64,000 nt of DNA, taken from positions 2,400,001 to 2,464,000 of the forward strand of contig AP038806.1 in NCBI GenBank assembly GCA_047150005.1. The letters are read 5' to 3'. Positions 60,355-64,000 of the stretch are shown in pieces; position 1 is the stretch's first letter; each line of letters opens with the position of its first letter. The notes beneath the pieces were generated by a model. That model made no database searches and was not told the origin of the DNA. It saw only the letters and a program-made list of their open reading frames with translations. The stretch is from Nitrospira sp. GTDB lineage: Bacteria; Nitrospirota; Nitrospiria; Nitrospirales; Nitrospiraceae. Made by a program: the position numbers and the translations under genes.

Positions 60355-60743
60355 ATGATGACACCATTCGTGTTGCTCTCGGCCATGCTCATTGCGACGC
60401 TCGGCGCAGTTCCGGCTCAGCCTCAGCTTGTCGAGAAGACCGCGCTCATGCTGGGTGGGGCCAAGCGCATTGCGGCGGCCGCCTCCTTCGTCTGGAGCAC
60501 TTGGATGATACGCAGTTCGCCAATGTGAACGTCGGAATCCATAAGGCCAGAATCGCCGCGATCTACCAGAGACCGAGCAACGTCTTTGAGGAACAGGTCA
60601 GGAACGGACGCGTGTCAGCCTTGGCATTACATGGCGCCGTTGCCCTGCAGGGCGGCGTCCCGATCACCGTCAACGGAAAAGTGATTGGGGCCATCGGCGT
60701 CAGCGATCAGCTATCAGCTCAGCAGGAGCCTGTCCGAAGCTGA
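60355..60743 (+). pseudogene. GlcG/HbpS-family heme-binding protein remnant
   Basis: Signal peptide plus LMLGGAKRIAAAA, then deletion/frameshift into LDDTQ...KARIAA...LQGGVPI.VNGKVIGAIGVS. Confidence 0.7.
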
Positions 60744-60770
60744 CAGCTGATAGCTCAAGGAGGAGATCCC

Positions 60771-61685
60771 ATGCACAAGATATTTACGCTGATATCCGCT
60801 GTCACATATTTGGGTATCGCATCATTTGCCCATTCCAGCTCGGTCTCGGACAAACAAGGTCTCACGCTCGAAGGAGCCAAGAAGGTCATCGCCGCCACTG
60901 TCGCGGAAGCGAAGCGTCTCAATGCGCCGGGTGGATCGATCGCGGTCGTCGATGAAGGAGGCAATCTGTTAGCGCTGGAGCGTCTGGACCAGACCTTTGC
61001 CGCCAGCGCCAACATCGCGATTGGGAAAGCCCGTACGGCCGCCCTGTTCAAGAAGCCGACCAAGGTCTTCGAAGACGCCATCAAGAGCGGGCGCACCTCG
61101 ATGGTGACGCTCGGTGGCGATCTACAGAACTTCACCCCGCTGCAAGGGGGCATTCCGCTCGAATGGGAAGGCAAAGTGGTCGGTGCGGTCGGGGTGAGCG
61201 GCGCTGCCAGCGCACAGCAGGATGAAGAGCTCGCCATCGTCGGCGCGAAGTCGTTGGGCTCGATGGAGATGGCCGGCATGACAAACGGCCACTCGTCGTT
61301 GCCTGTGACCTATATCGAAAGCCAGCAAGTCGCGGCCTCGTTTACCAAGGGCGCCGTGCTCGTCGGTGAAGAAGAACACATGATGCACGCAGCCCTGAAC
61401 TATATGGTCCATGCGAGCCATCGCGATCAAGCCGGCGTCGTAGAAATTCACGAGCAGGACACGGATATCGTGTATGTCTTGAAGGGCTCGGCCCAGTTGA
61501 TCACCGGCGGCACGCCGGTCGGCACGAAGACGATTGCGCCGCACGAGTTCCGTGCTCCGACGGTGAACGGCGGCGAAACGCGCCAGCTCGTTCCGGGCGA
61601 CGTGATCATCATTCCGAACGGGGTGCCGCATTGGTTCAAGGAAGTGCAGGCGCCGTTCGACTATTACGTGGTCAAAGTGCGGTGA
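60771..61685 (+). CDS. GlcG/HbpS heme-binding domain fused to a cupin
   Basis: AVVDEGG, KARTA, GGIPL..EGKVVGAVGVSG; cupin EIHEQDTD...GDVIIIPNGVPHWF. Confidence 0.85.
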   Translation: MHKIFTLISAVTYLGIASFAHSSSVSDKQGLTLEGAKKVIAATVAEAKRLNAPGGSIAVVDEGGNLLALERLDQTFAASANIAIGKARTAALFKKPTKVFEDAIKSGRTSMVTLGGDLQNFTPLQGGIPLEWEGKVVGAVGVSGAASAQQDEELAIVGAKSLGSMEMAGMTNGHSSLPVTYIESQQVAASFTKGAVLVGEEEHMMHAALNYMVHASHRDQAGVVEIHEQDTDIVYVLKGSAQLITGGTPVGTKTIAPHEFRAPTVNGGETRQLVPGDVIIIPNGVPHWFKEVQAPFDYYVVKVR

Positions 61686-61785
61686 AGACGTCACACGTCA
61701 ATGGTCAATCGTCAACCGGATACAGAGACCAACGCGCAACGACTGTCGGTTGACGTTTGACGAATGACGAGCGCGGGGAGTGGCA

Positions 61786-63414
61786 ATGAAGATTCATGTG
61801 ATAGCGACAGCCACCGTAGCCATGCTGGGGCTCCCTTGTGTCGCCGGTCACACGCAAATTACGGGGGATGCCCCGGGGGTGAGGCCGGAGGCGATCGTCG
61901 ATCTGAAGACGGACGAAGGCATGGCACTGGTCAAAGGCCAGTGGCGCTACAGCAACGCCAAGGTCGTCGAGATCGATCACCACGGTCCCGGCGCGGACCT
62001 GGCGCCGTCCGGTCCACCGAATCGGACGCAAGACATCGACATCCATGCAGGAGTGGCCGATTTTGACGATTCGCGATGGGAGGCAATCAGGCCGGCGCAG
62101 TTGGAAGCGCGCCGAGCGACTGGTCGGCTCTGCTTCAATTGGTATCGGACCAGTGTCACGATCCCGGAGAAGATCGGTTCATTCGATCCGACCGGAGCAA
62201 CCGTCGTATTCGAAATAGCGATCGACGACTATGCGGAGGTGTGGGTCGATGGAACATTGCCGCTGGTCCTCGGGCAACCGGGCGGGCAGCTCATTAAGGG
62301 GTTCAATGCCCCAAACCGGGTTGTGTTGACCAGGAACGCGCGGCCCGGTCAACGAATTCAGCTTGCCGTCTTCGGCATCAACGGGCCGCTCTCGAACCCA
62401 CCGGGAAACTTCATCTGGGTCCGCTCGGCCACGCTGGATTTCTATAAGATGAATCATGTCGGACCGACCCGGTTCGTCAAAACCGAAATCGTGAAGGTCG
62501 ATCCGGCGCTCGATCAGATTCTTGCGCCGGGCACACAGCTTGAAAAACTCGCTGGTGGCTTCCTCTTCACCGAGGGACCGGTCTGGGTCCCGGCCACCAC
62601 CAACACATCAGGATATCTCCTCTTCAGCGACCCCAACGCCAATACGATCTATCGTTGGTCACCTGAAGGGCAGGTATCCGTCTTCCGGACAAAGAGCGGC
62701 TACAGCGGAGTCAACATCGGCGAATATCATCAGCCCGGATCAAACGGACTGACGCTCGACAAACAAGGCCGCCTCACGATCAATCAGCACGGCAACCGCC
62801 GCGTCATTCGCGTGGAACCGCGCGGCAACATCACGGTCTTAGCCGATCGTTACGATGGCAAGCGGCTGAACAGCCCGAACGATCTCGTCTATCGTTCGGA
62901 TGGCGCGCTGTATTTCACCGATCCGCCCTTCGGTCTGCCGAAGGTCTTCGATGACCCACACAAGGAGCTTTTGTACAGTGGCGTCTATTGCGTGAAGGAT
63001 GGGCAGGTCAAACTTGTCGGCACCGATCTCGATGCGCCGAACGGCATTGCGCTCTCACCGGATGAAAAGACGCTCTACGTGAACAACTGGAACGAGAAGA
63101 AGAAGGTCATCATGCGGTACGACGTGAACCCCGATTGCACGCTCGCCAATGGGAAATTGTTCTTCGACATGACCAGTGCGCCAGGCGACGATGCCCTCGA
63201 CGGGCTCAAGGTGGATCAAAAAGGGAACGTGTACTCAACCGGACCGGGCGGACTCTGGATTGTTTCATCGGAAGGACAACTCCTCGGTCTGATCCAAGGA
63301 CCTGAAGATCCGCACAACATGGCCTGGGGTGACGACGATGGGAAGACGCTCTACATCACGGCCCTCACCGGGCTGTACCGCATGCGCATGAACATTGCCG
63401 GAGGACGACCATGA
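61786..63414 (+). CDS. SMP-30/gluconolactonase with N-terminal galactose-binding-like domain
   Basis: Signal peptide; WYRT, IDDYAEVWVDG; FTEGPVW, GSNGL, NSPND, YFTDPPFG, DGLKVD. Confidence 0.9.
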   Translation: MKIHVIATATVAMLGLPCVAGHTQITGDAPGVRPEAIVDLKTDEGMALVKGQWRYSNAKVVEIDHHGPGADLAPSGPPNRTQDIDIHAGVADFDDSRWEAIRPAQLEARRATGRLCFNWYRTSVTIPEKIGSFDPTGATVVFEIAIDDYAEVWVDGTLPLVLGQPGGQLIKGFNAPNRVVLTRNARPGQRIQLAVFGINGPLSNPPGNFIWVRSATLDFYKMNHVGPTRFVKTEIVKVDPALDQILAPGTQLEKLAGGFLFTEGPVWVPATTNTSGYLLFSDPNANTIYRWSPEGQVSVFRTKSGYSGVNIGEYHQPGSNGLTLDKQGRLTINQHGNRRVIRVEPRGNITVLADRYDGKRLNSPNDLVYRSDGALYFTDPPFGLPKVFDDPHKELLYSGVYCVKDGQVKLVGTDLDAPNGIALSPDEKTLYVNNWNEKKKVIMRYDVNPDCTLANGKLFFDMTSAPGDDALDGLKVDQKGNVYSTGPGGLWIVSSEGQLLGLIQGPEDPHNMAWGDDDGKTLYITALTGLYRMRMNIAGGRP

Positions 63415-64000
63415 CAAGACGAGCCTGCGCATTCGCAACCGCCGCGTTGCTGACTTCCGTCTGGCAGATCCTGGCGGCAGGCGCAGAAACGGTTCCCGTC
63501 ACGATCACGAGCCTCGACCGTCGATTCGATCGTCTGGTGCCGAAAGACGCAAAGGTCGAGAAGATTGCCGATGGGTTCAGCTGGGTGGAGGGTCCGGTCT
63601 GGCACAAACAGGGCGGCTACCTGCTTTTTTCGGATATTCCGTCGAATGCCGTCTACAGGTGGAAGCCCGGCGAGGGCGTCAGTCTCTTCCTCAAGAACAG
63701 CGGCTACAGCGGCGCCATTCCCTTTTCGGGCAAAGAGCCCGGTTCGAACGGGTTGGCGCTGGATGAGAATGGGCGGCTCGTGCTTTGCCGTCATGGTGAC
63801 AGAGAGATCGGCAGATTGGAGGCAGACGGCCGTGTTACCCCGTTGGTTGATCGGTACGACGGCCATCGCCTCAACAGTCCCAACGATCTCGTCTTCAAGT
63901 CCAACGGTGATTTGTATTTCACCGATCCGCCGTTCGGACTCCCGATGGTCTTCGACGATCCGAACAAGGCGCCGGTGCAGGGTGTCTATCGCGTGACGAA
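63411..64000 (+). CDS. Second SMP-30/gluconolactonase (partial)
   Basis: Not in ORF track. ATGA overlap; MTRRACAF...GFSWVEGPVW...LFSDIP...GSNGL...NSPNDL...YFTDPPFG; open to window end. Confidence 0.88.
   Translation, partial: MTRRACAFATAALLTSVWQILAAGAETVPVTITSLDRRFDRLVPKDAKVEKIADGFSWVEGPVWHKQGGYLLFSDIPSNAVYRWKPGEGVSLFLKNSGYSGAIPFSGKEPGSNGLALDENGRLVLCRHGDREIGRLEADGRVTPLVDRYDGHRLNSPNDLVFKSNGDLYFTDPPFGLPMVFDDPNKAPVQGVYRVT

Overview
GC-rich bacterial window; gene content and the repeat element suggest a Nitrospira-like organism (inference). The centre is an apparently intact extracellular contractile injection system (eCIS; Afp/PVC-like, about 23.3-42.9 kb): DUF3467, AAA+ ATPase, DUF4255 cap, two sheaths, two tubes, tail-assembly chaperone plus DUF6760, LysM tube initiator, split spike (GpD hub, gpV, PAAR), gp25, two baseplate-J proteins, gpI, a short fibre-anchor-like protein and a bitopic membrane protein. 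Left of it are three DUF4157-family candidate effectors with different C-termini: an 8-Cys mini-domain, a DUF922-like HExxH domain, and a 1579-aa protein ending in a nucleotidyltransferase-like domain followed by a candidate immunity gene. Features read from the DNA rather than the ORF track include a G_GGG_GGA -1 slippery site joining the chaperone to DUF6760, six TGTNACA palindromes in the divergent promoter, and a 186-bp MITE just before the operon. Further left are a sigma-54 activator with no sensor domain beside a 1292-aa Cache membrane protein, a UDG-like/amidohydrolase/M6 protease/frameshifted CHAP gene run, and a lipoprotein/FAD oxidase operon. The right third has czcCBA-ynfA, a GT87 gene between IS remnants, a two-component system, aquaporin, GlcG-cupin and gluconolactonases, with several pseudogenes. 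No rRNA, tRNA or CRISPR array was seen. Family calls come from motif recognition by eye, not database searches.
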